DNA from: Camelus dromedarius
Lineage: Eukaryota
Direction of reading: 5' to 3'
Assembly (NCBI RefSeq): GCF_036321535.1
Contig: NC_087436.1
Location: 75,084,001-75,148,000, forward strand
DNA: 64,000 nucleotides
How positions within the stretch are numbered: position 1 is the stretch's first letter; each line of letters begins with the position of its first letter. Below are positions 40,661 through 50,609 of this stretch, piece after piece. The translations under genes and the position numbers were made by a program. Below the pieces are notes generated by a model. The model saw only the letters and a list, made by a program, of their open reading frames with translations, ran no database searches and was not told where the DNA came from.

Positions 40661-42089
40661 AATCCATGCACGAATCGTAAGTATTTCAATTCCCCCTAAT
40701 TAAAGACATTCCTAACGGATATTTTGGAAAAATTGTTTAAAAGCCCATTTAAGTAACGTTAAATTTTAAAACCTACACAATTTTCCACCTTGATTTTATT
40801 GTCATTACTTGAAATGATAGAAAGAGGAGTTCCACTGTTTATATCACTATTCACATATCTTAATATATTGCTCATTATCATCTACATTCATGATTATTAC
40901 AGAAAAATGTCTTCTTCAATTCTCCAAATTAAGAAAAAAGTATAAAGTGTTTTAAAATACCATAATTTATAATGTCTAATAAAAATTACCAAACACCTAG
41001 TTAAAGGCAAAATTCTGTTTTCTATTTTATTGTTTTTAAAGTATTAATACTTACCACATAATTTTTAAGGTAAGAATTCTTCCTTTAAATATAGCCATAT
41101 GGCAGATAATTCTGCTCACTATAAATGCACACACACCCATAACACACACACTTTAACAAAACATTTTGCATTCTAATAAAGTTCTCCCTCCTATCCTTCA
41201 CAAAAATCCTCCACAAATGTGTTCAAATTTTAATGATTTACCAGGGTTTTTTTTATAGCTTAACATTGCTGATATAAATAATAATAATAAGGTCTAAACT
41301 GGGAAACCTGGCATTAGTGAAGAGACACTGCAAGCTTAAATCAATGAAACTTCTCCCACACTCTCTTCACCCTGCCTTCACCAAAAATAACAGAAAGAGA
41401 AAAAAGAAAAAAAAAAACTTTAACCACTCTGTTGCCTTTGCCTTAAACTGTATCATTATTTTTTCCACCACAATACAATTAAAACTAAATGAACAGCACA
41501 TTTATCACTCCACACAGAAAAATAAAAATGGAAAATTATTGAAAGCTGATAGATTTTTGCTTCCATTCACCAAAATATTCCAAAACGTTTTTATTCTTTT
41601 TTTTTTCTTTTAACCAGAATCAGTCAACGGGAACTAAAACAATTACAGAGCAATTTTGTGGCACGTATACTTTGTGGATCTACATAAACTCTAGTTCCTT
41701 GATTCTGTTTAATGCTTGATTGTATTGGAATATATATGTGCTATATATATAGCTTAAACAATTTTTTCCAGGGCTACACAGCAAGAACTCATAAAAAGAG
41801 TAATGAAACTGAAAGATGGCCTATTCAAAAATCTGAGAAAAAATTAAGTATGACTATACACTAGTACACTAGATAATTTTAATGACAGTTTTAGTTCTAA
41901 GAAAATGACTTGTAGAATACATTTAACATTGTGTTCATATACCTAACTTATACCAAAGGACTCTGAAATGTTCTATTGTCTTGATTTTTAACTTACAGTA
42001 ACATAATACTGCTCTCAGCAATCCAATGAGTATTTGTACTTGTTTGTTTATGTTTTTCAAGGCCCACAGTCAGGGGCTGCAGGAGGAAA

Positions 42090-42295
42090 AACTAATATTT
42101 AAGTAAGCATCTACTATGTGGCAAACATGTTTTTTCAATCTATCCTCAGTACAACCTTACTATAAGGGTATTATCTTCTTATTGATGAGAAACAGGAGCT
42201 TATAGACATTAGGTACCTTGCCTAAGATCAAAGAGCTAAGAAAAATGGCACAGCCAGAGTCTGAGGTCTGTAAAATAAGTTCTTTTTCCACTAAA
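42090..42295 (-). mobile_element. MIR fossil
   Basis: gcatctactatgtggcaa...attgatgagaaacaggagctt...ttgcctaagatcaaagagctaag. Confidence 0.6.
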
Positions 42296-43742
42296 CTACA
42301 TGTGGTTTTTTTTTTCAGTAGTGATCATAGAAAACAGCCCTCCACCCCTCCTGCTCTTGTCCTCACTTCCCAGTGAACAGCAAGGAACATTTCTTTGTGA
42401 GACCAGGTTCAAAAAGGAGCAATCTCTGGCCATTACACAGAGCGTGGCCTGCGAGGATCGAATCTTGGTCATGACTTTAGCTACAAGGTTTTATGTAGAT
42501 GAACTAACTAGACGCAAATAGAGGGTGGAGTAGATAAAGTAAACAGCAAATAATTATCCAAATGCCATTTATATTTGCTTCTGAAATGCACTGTACGCCT
42601 ACTGGCAGCAGATTTACCTTTACAGTTGGTTTTGCTTAGACTACTCTCAAAATAGCTTTCCAAAAGCACACACCAATACACGATAGAGGCTGCTTGATCT
42701 AGGTCTTGGAGACTGAGAGAAAACTTATTTGTACACGACTATCTTGACTGACAATTAAGATAACTAGAGGCAAGAAGGTAGTATCTCCTCATACACAGTA
42801 CTGGGCTTCAATGTGTACAAACGGCTCAGCTAAACTCCCCGAACACAATCCATCCAAACAACCTAAGCCATGTATCCGTCCAGGCTAAGGAGGATGACAG
42901 CTCCAGTAACTTCCTCTTCCTCACAGACCTCCTCAGCTCGGCGTGTACACGCCTTTCCCCCTAGGAGGCAGGATAAAACAATTTCAAATGCACAAAACCG
43001 ATCCAATCCCACCAACACCACAGGACAGGGAAGCCAGCTTCCATTTCCTCCCCCGCCTCTCGGAGAAAAATTTTATCTTAAAAAAAATGCGTTAATATTC
43101 CCAACGAGAAAGTATCTGCAACGAAAAAACTGAAAATACGTACTCCACACAGCCTTAAGGAAAGGATGAAAAGAAGGGGCCTCGACATCGCGTATACTCG
43201 AGATTTACTGCTTTGATTCACTTTCCCTTGGGTCCCACCGCCGGCCAGGGGAGCGCTTGCCGCTGGAACGCCAAAACCTGCCTTCGCCCCTCCTCAGGAG
43301 ACGCGGAGGCGGCCGAGGCGGCCAAGGCGACGGCGATAGGCGCGTCCCGCCTCCGACCCTCACCTGCCCAGGCCCGAGGCAGCGCCGTGGGCCCGCGCGG
43401 GCCCGGCGTCCCGGCGAGCGTCCAGGGAGGCCGGCGGGAGGCAGGCGGGCGGGAGGCAGGCCGGCGGGCGGGAGGCCGCCGAGGCGGTTAGGCCGCGCTG
43501 CAGGCCGGCACGCTTCCTGCCGCGGCCCCGGGAACGGCGGCGCGGCCCCGACCCGGAGCTCTCCCGGCCCGGCTGCTGTGCGTGTGCCGCACACACATTC
43601 ACCCTCCCCGGCCCCCGCGGAGCCGCTCACCTGCGAGGCTCCGGAGCCTCGGCCACAAAGGGGGAGGGACACGCCGCTCGGGGGTCCTGGACACACGGAA
43701 CCCGCCCACAGAGTCCCGGGCCCTGGGCACGGACCACCCCCC

Positions 43743-43743
<1 letters not shown>

Positions 43744-43795
<52 letters not shown>
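43744..43795. repeat. Interrupted (CA)n microsatellite
   Basis: acacacac...caaacacac...cacgcaca. Confidence 0.95.
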
Positions 43796-43796
<1 letters not shown>

Positions 43797-44011
43797 ACCC
43801 GGAACCTTCGCCGCCTCCGACAGAGCCGCGGGTCAGCCCCGTACCCGACACACACCCACTCGCTATGGGTCCTCAGGCCGCCTCCACGGCCGCCAAAGTC
43901 CCAACTCGCACACCCACACACACATTTCCCCCTCTCCCACCTCACTGCCCTGGGGACGCGCTCCTCTTCCCAACACTCTCGATCCTACTCAGAGACACAA
44001 AAACACTCTAC

Positions 44012-44016
44012 CTCAT
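44012..44016 (-). CDS. CNOT6L: CNOT6L canonical first coding exon, coding part (ATG AG = Met-Arg codon split)
   Basis: Minus strand reads gaagagaATGAG|gtagag. Splicing to exon 2 (A CTA ATA GGG ATG CCA) gives MRLIGMPKEKY, the N-terminus I recall for CNOT6L. Confidence 0.9.
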
Positions 44017-44297
44017 TCTCTTCCTCCGGCCCAGAAAGAGCAACAGCAGCCATTTCCCCGCGGCAGGGGAAACACACACACAAACACGCGCGCGCGCGCG
44101 CACCAGGCCCCCACAGATGCTTCCCCTCCAGAGCCTCGGCCGCAGACGCAAACACAAACACCCACGGGCGGGCCTCGCTCCCACCCGCCCCGAAGGGAAG
44201 CGGCGGCGGCAGGCAGGGCCCGAATCCCGGCTCGCGGCGGGCGGCCGCACAGGACGCCCGGGCCCGCGGTCGCGGAGGGCCTGCGCCCCTTCCTCAC

Positions 44298-44900
44298 CTG
44301 CATTCAGCGCGCCGGGGTCCGGGCGGCGGCGGCGGCGGCGGCGGCGGGGCGGCTGCTGCTGGTGCTGGTGCTGCGGCGGCGGGGGAGGCGGCGGCGGCGG
44401 TGGTGGCGGGGCTGAGGGCAGCAAAGACATGCAGGCAGCCCGCCGGGGGGAGAGGCACCGGCCGGAGGGGACGCGGGGCGGGCGGGCCGGGCCGCCTGAG
44501 GAACGGCAGAGGCAGCGGCGAGGAGGACGGCTGAAGGGAACGAGGAGGAGACGGATGGGGGGCGGGGAGGGGGCCGAGGGCCGCGCAGCCGGGTTTCGGG
44601 GACGGTGACCCTGGGCGCGCAGGAGAGGCCCCGCGGCCGCGGCCACCGACGCAAAGGCCCCTGACGGAGGAAGCTGCGCCCCCGCACCCGCCGGAGCCGC
44701 GGCTGTTACGCCGAGAGCCGCGCTGTGCCTGGCCTTGGCCTTGGCCTCCAAGCGCTGGGGCTGCCGCCGCTGCGGGGGTTGCTGCTGCGCCTACTGCTGC
44801 CGGGGCCGAGACTGCTGCACAGAGACGCCAGCTTTCGGTGCCTCCGCTCTGGTTCACACACGTTCACACCCCCGAGCGCCGGGGGAGAGGCGTCCGCGCG
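44298..44900 (-). other. CNOT6L: Putative upstream alternative first exon of CNOT6L (5' boundary/TSS uncertain)
   Basis: Consensus donor GCAG|gtgagg at 44298/44297, at the end of a GC-rich, CCG/CAG-repeat-rich segment downstream of the promoter motifs. Confidence 0.6.
44322..44400. repeat. Compound (GGC)n / (GCT/GGT)n trinucleotide tract
   Basis: (GGC)8 at 44322-44345, then GCT/GGT triplets and further GGC runs. Confidence 0.9.
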
Positions 44901-44958
44901 ATATCGGCATTGAGATTAATAACAAGGTGCGGAGAGTGCGAGAAGGAGGAGGGTTGAT

Positions 44959-45160
44959 TGACGTGGAGGGGCTGGCGAGAGTCAGTCACTCCCCGGCGCG
45001 GAGGGGTGGGGTGAGGAGAAGGAGGCGGAGCTCCAGCGCCGCTCCTTGGCCCCGCCCCCGGGGCGCCGCGCAGGGTCATAGTGCGCGTGCGCGCGCGGCT
45101 GCCAGGGTTCTTGCCCTTTTTCTCCTGTCCCCTTGCCGGGTTCTTACTCGCTTTTATTGG
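44959..45160. promoter_or_regulatory. Proximal promoter motif cluster: CRE/ATF-like TGACGT (44959-44964), GC box CCCCGCCCCC (~45050-45059), NRF1-like TGCGCGTGCGCG (45082-45093), CCAAT box on minus strand (45156-45160)
   Basis: Motif matches read directly from the sequence, typical of TATA-less housekeeping or bidirectional promoters. Function untested. Confidence 0.55.
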
Positions 45161-46540
45161 CTTGAGTGACGAGCAGAGCTGGGGAGGCTGGTGGGTTATC
45201 GCAAAGCCACAGAGGCACGGGGTGGGGGAGGATGGAGAAAAGACTGGCGAGCCCGCCTCAACCGGTGCTCGTGCGTGGACGCGGCGCTGTTTACTGCACG
45301 CTCGCCGGAGGCAGCCTGGCCCCAAAGCCGAACCCTGGTCTGGGTGGCTAATCGGACGCCAGGTGAGGTGAAGGAAGTCACCGAAGGAAATGTTTCCTGG
45401 CATCTTCAGTGGTTTGATTTTTTTTAACGGGTAGCATCTGTAAGTTGTATCGTGAGAGGTAAATAACAGAACCTGTGACCCTCTGCGATAACCCTGTCCT
45501 GTTTATTTTCTAATTCTCCCCACGCAGGATACTACTACGTGTGTTTGGCAGTGCCGGCTACAGAATGAAAATGTCAAAATGTAAACTAGAAATATCCGTG
45601 TTTACTTGGTGAACGTGGCCTTGACATTTTAAGTGTATGGAGTTTGATTTTGTTCTTGTGGGTCAGCTTCAGCTTTTACCACCAGCAATCCAAAAACAAA
45701 CTCTACCAGCTCAAGAGGCAGAATACTGCTTTGCACAATCTCTTTCCCAATGAATGTTCCTGGCTTGTGTACTTACCAGTGTTGGTCAAGGGTGTATTAA
45801 CAGTTTTTAGTACTTTTTTCCCCCACAGGGGTGTTGTTTAGCTCATAAAGCACTTGGTGTTGATTGCAATTAATCTTAGGCCCTATTATTAAATGTAAAA
45901 GGCCTTCCTCTCCTGGGAGAAAAAGTTGCAGTAAAAATGCAAATCATTATTTAGCCAGAACTGATCAGCTGTTAAAGAGTCCACCACTGCTGAAGAATAA
46001 TTGCATCACTTTAATCTTTGTCACCAGGAAGTATGGTGAGTGACTGGAGAAGCCCCTGGAGACCTACATTAAGTTTCCATTTCCCTCCCTAGCAACATCA
46101 CCCCCATACCAGCTTCTGTAATAGGTCTGAAAATGGCCTTAGTCCTAGAAGAAATCCCACTCAATCCCAACTATCTTGATTCTAGACTAACATATAATGA
46201 CTAATTACCTTGGGCTTTGTAAGCAGCAAGCCAGACAATTCGCTTCGGGAGCCCAGAATAGTAAACCTGCCTCAATGGCCACTTGCCACAGCATTTCTCC
46301 TTGGCACAGAAACACTTGCCCCAAAGAGAAATACTACCAAAAGTTGAAGAAAAGAGGAAAATAAACGCCTGAAAAATATAAATTGGATGATGGAACATCC
46401 TCACAGATTTAAGCTTCTTTAAATACCTGTAAATACATAATTACTAGCTATTTCATAATAAACAAACAAATATGGAGAATGTATTATGTTCCAAACATTG
46501 CATTTTGCATCAGAGATACAAAGATAAGCAGATATAGTCC

Positions 46541-46672
46541 TTTTTTTTTTTTTCCGCTGGGGGCAGGTAGGTAATTAGATTTGTTTATTTATGTAATGCA
46601 GATACTGGGGATTGAACCCAGGAACTTACGCATGCTAAGCATGTGCTCTACCACTGAGCTATACCGTCCCCC
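46541..46672 (-). mobile_element. tRNA-Ala-derived SINE (camelid Vic-1-like, longer tail variant)
   Basis: ggtatagctcagtggtagagcacatgcttagcatgcgtaagttcctgggttcaatcccc... plus tail. Flanking repeat ta(t/c)agtcc. Confidence 0.82.
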
Positions 46673-48899
46673 TACAGTCCCTATTCTTAAGTAGCTCATA
46701 GTCATAGGGGAAGCAGACCTGTAAACAGGAAATTCTCATATAAGAAAGCAGAAATGAAAGTATGAAAGATGATGCAAAATTAATAGTCACAACAATGCCC
46801 AGGAGGATAAAGCTGATGGCACTGGCAGTCTCACTTGAGCAGGGTGATACCTGCCTGTCTCACAAGCTGACCAGCAGTAGTGAGTAGGGTGAGCAAAGGG
46901 GATCACCTTTGTGGATGTTAAAAAAGCACTAATAAATGCTGGGGTTTGCTGGTCCTGAAGTTCAGGTTTGTATAGACCATGTTCATTGTTGGCCTCTAAA
47001 TTTTAAATACTGAATACTCACAATCCATTGAATATTCATAATTGTGACATTCATAGTTGAGAGTAGTGGATTTTATTATAAAAAGGTCAGTTAAATGCAG
47101 GTTGTTTCAATAATCTCTATTCTCAGGACTGTTCCCTTTATACGATAGCAAATAGATCAATTCTCTCACTAAAAACAGGAAAACAACATTTTCACAGCAA
47201 GTGACACTATATCATCCAAAAAATAGATTGTTGTTTTTCTCACTTGCAGTGAGGAGTTTGAGATTGGAGAAATAATCATTTTCAAATAGTTGGCACTGTA
47301 CAAATGCTGACAAGTTAAATCTTCACAAATATTACCAAAAAAAAAAAAAAAAAACTCCCTCATGAGACTCCAATTCAAAAGACATTCCAACAACCCTGAA
47401 GCCATAAGCAGTTTTATAGCAGATCGGAGTTTGCAACAGAAAAGTAGCCTGATTTTGATAGCTTATCTGGTGGAAATTTTTCATGTTTGACAGATGTTGC
47501 CATTTTTAAATTAAGACGGAAAATAAGAACCCAGTAAGAAAATATATCTTTAAAGAAGTGATTTATCCAAGTGAAAACTTTTGGCTTAACTAAGTCCTTT
47601 TTGACCAAAATGGTTTAGTAGTAGCACTGTGTAGGTACAACTTGTTCTGAAAACAGTTATGTTTATTTGTATTATTACAGAATTGGTTCGTTACTTCGCA
47701 GATAAAAAAAAGTACTTGATGTTCTAGTGAATACCTGTGTCTTTTCCAAATTAGCAATTAATATTTTATCTGAGTAAATCTGATCTCTCCATATTTTTTC
47801 TATTAGTAGCACAGGTAGCTGGGCCTATGAGTTCCCTTATACCTATGTTCCTTTGTTTTCAGAAATTTTGTTGAGCAGCTTGCTCAAAAGGCAGATTTAA
47901 ATTTTGTAATTTAAGGACATTATTACTATTTGATAAAGAATCAATTAAACTTGACTTTACTGATTTTAGTACACACTTTTACACTAATAGCTACAAAACT
48001 TCAAGGAAGGTGTTACATTTAAATTATGTAGTAAGTTATAATTAATAAAATAATTAAATGTAATTTACCTGATATTTATTAGTACAACTTTTAAATAGGT
48101 ACTAATCAAGATGATCTTGAATGTTTACTTCTCGGACCTCCTGATAGGGCTTCCAAACTACATTCCAGTGACATAGTCTTCCTTTTACTGAACTACATTC
48201 CTCTCCACCTTCCCACCTTTACTCATCTTATTCCTCTTTCTCTCTCTGCCTCTATCACCATTACTTTATTTCTAATAGTTTTAAAGTATCATATACCATG
48301 GATATATTCATCCAAGAAATGTGGCTTTGCTCATTGTCTCTACCCCTCTTCCAATCCATCAATTCTCTCTTTCCATCAACTTCCCATTTGTTCCTTTCTC
48401 TAGGATGACTGTGGATGACACCAAGGACCATCCCACTCTCTTGGCCAAAGATAAACATTTTCCACCATTTTTAACAGTGTGCCTTTGATAAGCTAGTCCT
48501 GGATAAAATGACAAGGTAGGCAAAGTTCATCTTGGTGTCCTCCTGCTTCTTCTTCCTACACCCCCAGTCTCAGGTTCCTGGATGCCTGAACATTCAGAAT
48601 CTCCACCTCAACCCCATCAACATCAGCACCACTCTTCCTAGTACTTTCCCGTATTCCAGAAATGTTCTACTGGGTAAGTACCACCACCATCAATAAATAT
48701 CTAGTGTTTCAATTTTTCAAGGATCTGGAGACACCTGGCATGCTATCCAATCAATAAAATCAGTTATTTTCATGTGGTACTCCAATGATCTTCATGAGGT
48801 CTTCAGAGGTACGCATCCCAAGCCACCCAGTGTACACAGAGGGGACCGGGTAGGTGGGATCTCAACTAGAAACCTTTGTTTTTATCTGTTTTACATAAT

Positions 48900-49385
48900 G
48901 ACCGTCTAATTGACTGCCTGGTAACTTCCCTTTTTCTGTAAACAATGCTCCTTTCCTTGGAGGGAACTATTCCTGCCTATACTATAAACAGGTGATTCTA
49001 GGGACAGTTGCAGCTCAAGAGAATCCCCCAACTTCTTGACTACAGGGTGGGCATAGAACTCAAGCCAAAGCAAGCAGAATTATCCCCCAGAATGTTTTCA
49101 CGTGGAATGAAGGGAAGAAGGGCTTGTCCACCATAGCAGTAGTCTGAGATGAGAAAGAAAGATGGAAGTCTTGAGAGTGGCCAGTGGCTGCATACTGCCT
49201 TGTGTGGAATGAATCCATCACACAGGAAGTGTAGAGAGTAAGTCCTGGTGGTGCACTAGTCTCAGGTTCCAGTCATCCATGAAGTCCAGCTGCACCTTTT
49301 CACAAAATATGCTTAAATTAACTAGTAAATTCTCTTCTATGTCTAAGGTAACTTGAGTTAGAACTCTGCAACCAAAACATCCTAA
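48900..49385. mobile_element. MLT1-type solo LTR inserted in a hAT/MER-type fossil (~48700-49456)
   Basis: LTR ends ttgagtt...tgcaaccaaaacatcctaatac. The host resumes and ends tttgaaaaccactg, a hAT-like terminus. Confidence 0.55.
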
Positions 49386-49696
49386 TACGTTGTGTTTCTG
49401 CATGAAGGGTCTTTCAAAGAAGCCTAACTGCTGCTAAATAAGTTTGAAAACCACTGAACTGAACTACAGTAAGTTAATATTACTATTTGAATTGTGGTCA
49501 ACTCCCAGATGTTGAAGATCACCTGGTCTTACTTCCTCATTTTCCACATGAGGAACCTGAAGCAAAGTGACTTGCTGAATATCACCCAGGCAGTCGATGG
49601 CAAAGTCAGTGTCGGACTGATTTATAGATGCCTAGTTCAGTTGTTCTCTCATTACAGTACCCTGTCATCTGTTTAATTCTTCCCAGTGGTATTTTT

Positions 49697-50523
49697 TAAC
49701 ACCTTTATTGTGGTATGATTCCTGTACAGTAAACTACACATATTTCAGATGTACAATTTGATGAATTTTGATAATTGTATATACCCATGAAACCACCACC
49801 ACAGTCAACATAACTAACATTTCCATCACTCTCTAAGAGGTGCAAATCTTGAACTCCCAATTTATCCCTTCCTATCCTTTTCTCTCCCTGGTAACCATAA
49901 GTTTGCTTTCTATGTCTGTGAGTCTGTTTCTGTTTTGTAAATAAGTTCATTTGTCTTTTTTTAGATTCCACATGTAAGTGATATTGTATGGTATTTTTCT
50001 TTCTCCTACTGACTTACTTCACTTAGAATGACAATCTCCAGGTCCATCCATGTTGCTGCAAATGGCATTATTTTATTCTGTTTTATGGCTAAGTAGTATT
50101 CCATTGTATATATATACCACATCTTCTTTATCCAGTCATCTGTCACTGGACATTTAGGTTGTTTTTATGTTTTAGCTATTGTAAATAGTGCTGCTGTGAA
50201 CAATGGGATGCATGTGTCTTTTGAGATTATATCTTCCTCTTGATATATGTCCAGGAGTGGGATTGATGGATCATATGGTAAGTCTATTTTTAGTTTTTTC
50301 AGGAACCTCCATACTGTCCTCCATAGTGGCTGCACCAATTCACATTCCCACCAACAGTGTAGGAGGGTTCCTTTTCCTCCACACCCTCTCCAGCGTTTAT
50401 TGTTTGTGGACTTTTGAATGATGGCCACTCTGACTGGTGTGAGGTGATATCTCATTGTAGTTTTGATTTGCATTTCTCTAACAATTAGTGATGCTGAGCT
50501 TCTTTTCATGCACTTGTTGGCCA
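49697..50523 (-). mobile_element. 5'-truncated L1 with 16-bp TSD
   Basis: TSD TCCCAGTGGTATTTTT at 49681-49696 and 50524-50539. ORF2 C-terminal peptide MQIKTTMRYHLTPVR...HCWWEC...YDPSIPLL. Confidence 0.92.
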
Positions 50524-50609
50524 TCCCAGTGGTATTTTTAAGAGGCAATTACTTAGAGATATAACCTTAACTTACAAGAATAAATTATAACAATGGCAGT
50601 TTCAGACAC

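Larger units (their letters stand above)
43180..45400. promoter_or_regulatory. CpG island / CNOT6L promoter region
   Basis: Abrupt switch from AT-rich, CpG-poor DNA to very GC- and CpG-rich DNA that contains the first exon(s). Confidence 0.95.

Noticed and set aside
43205..45427. Many long overlapping ORFs in the CpG island (e.g. 43257..44534 +, 425 aa; 43205..43945 -, 246 aa)
   Set aside because: Low-complexity Arg/Gly/Pro/Ala translations in all frames, as expected from stop-codon scarcity in GC-rich DNA, with no recognisable domain. Only frames that can splice into CNOT6L exon 2 were kept as hypotheses.
50165..50548. 127-aa ORF with a Cys/His motif
   Set aside because: C-terminal remnant of L1 ORF2 in a truncated element.
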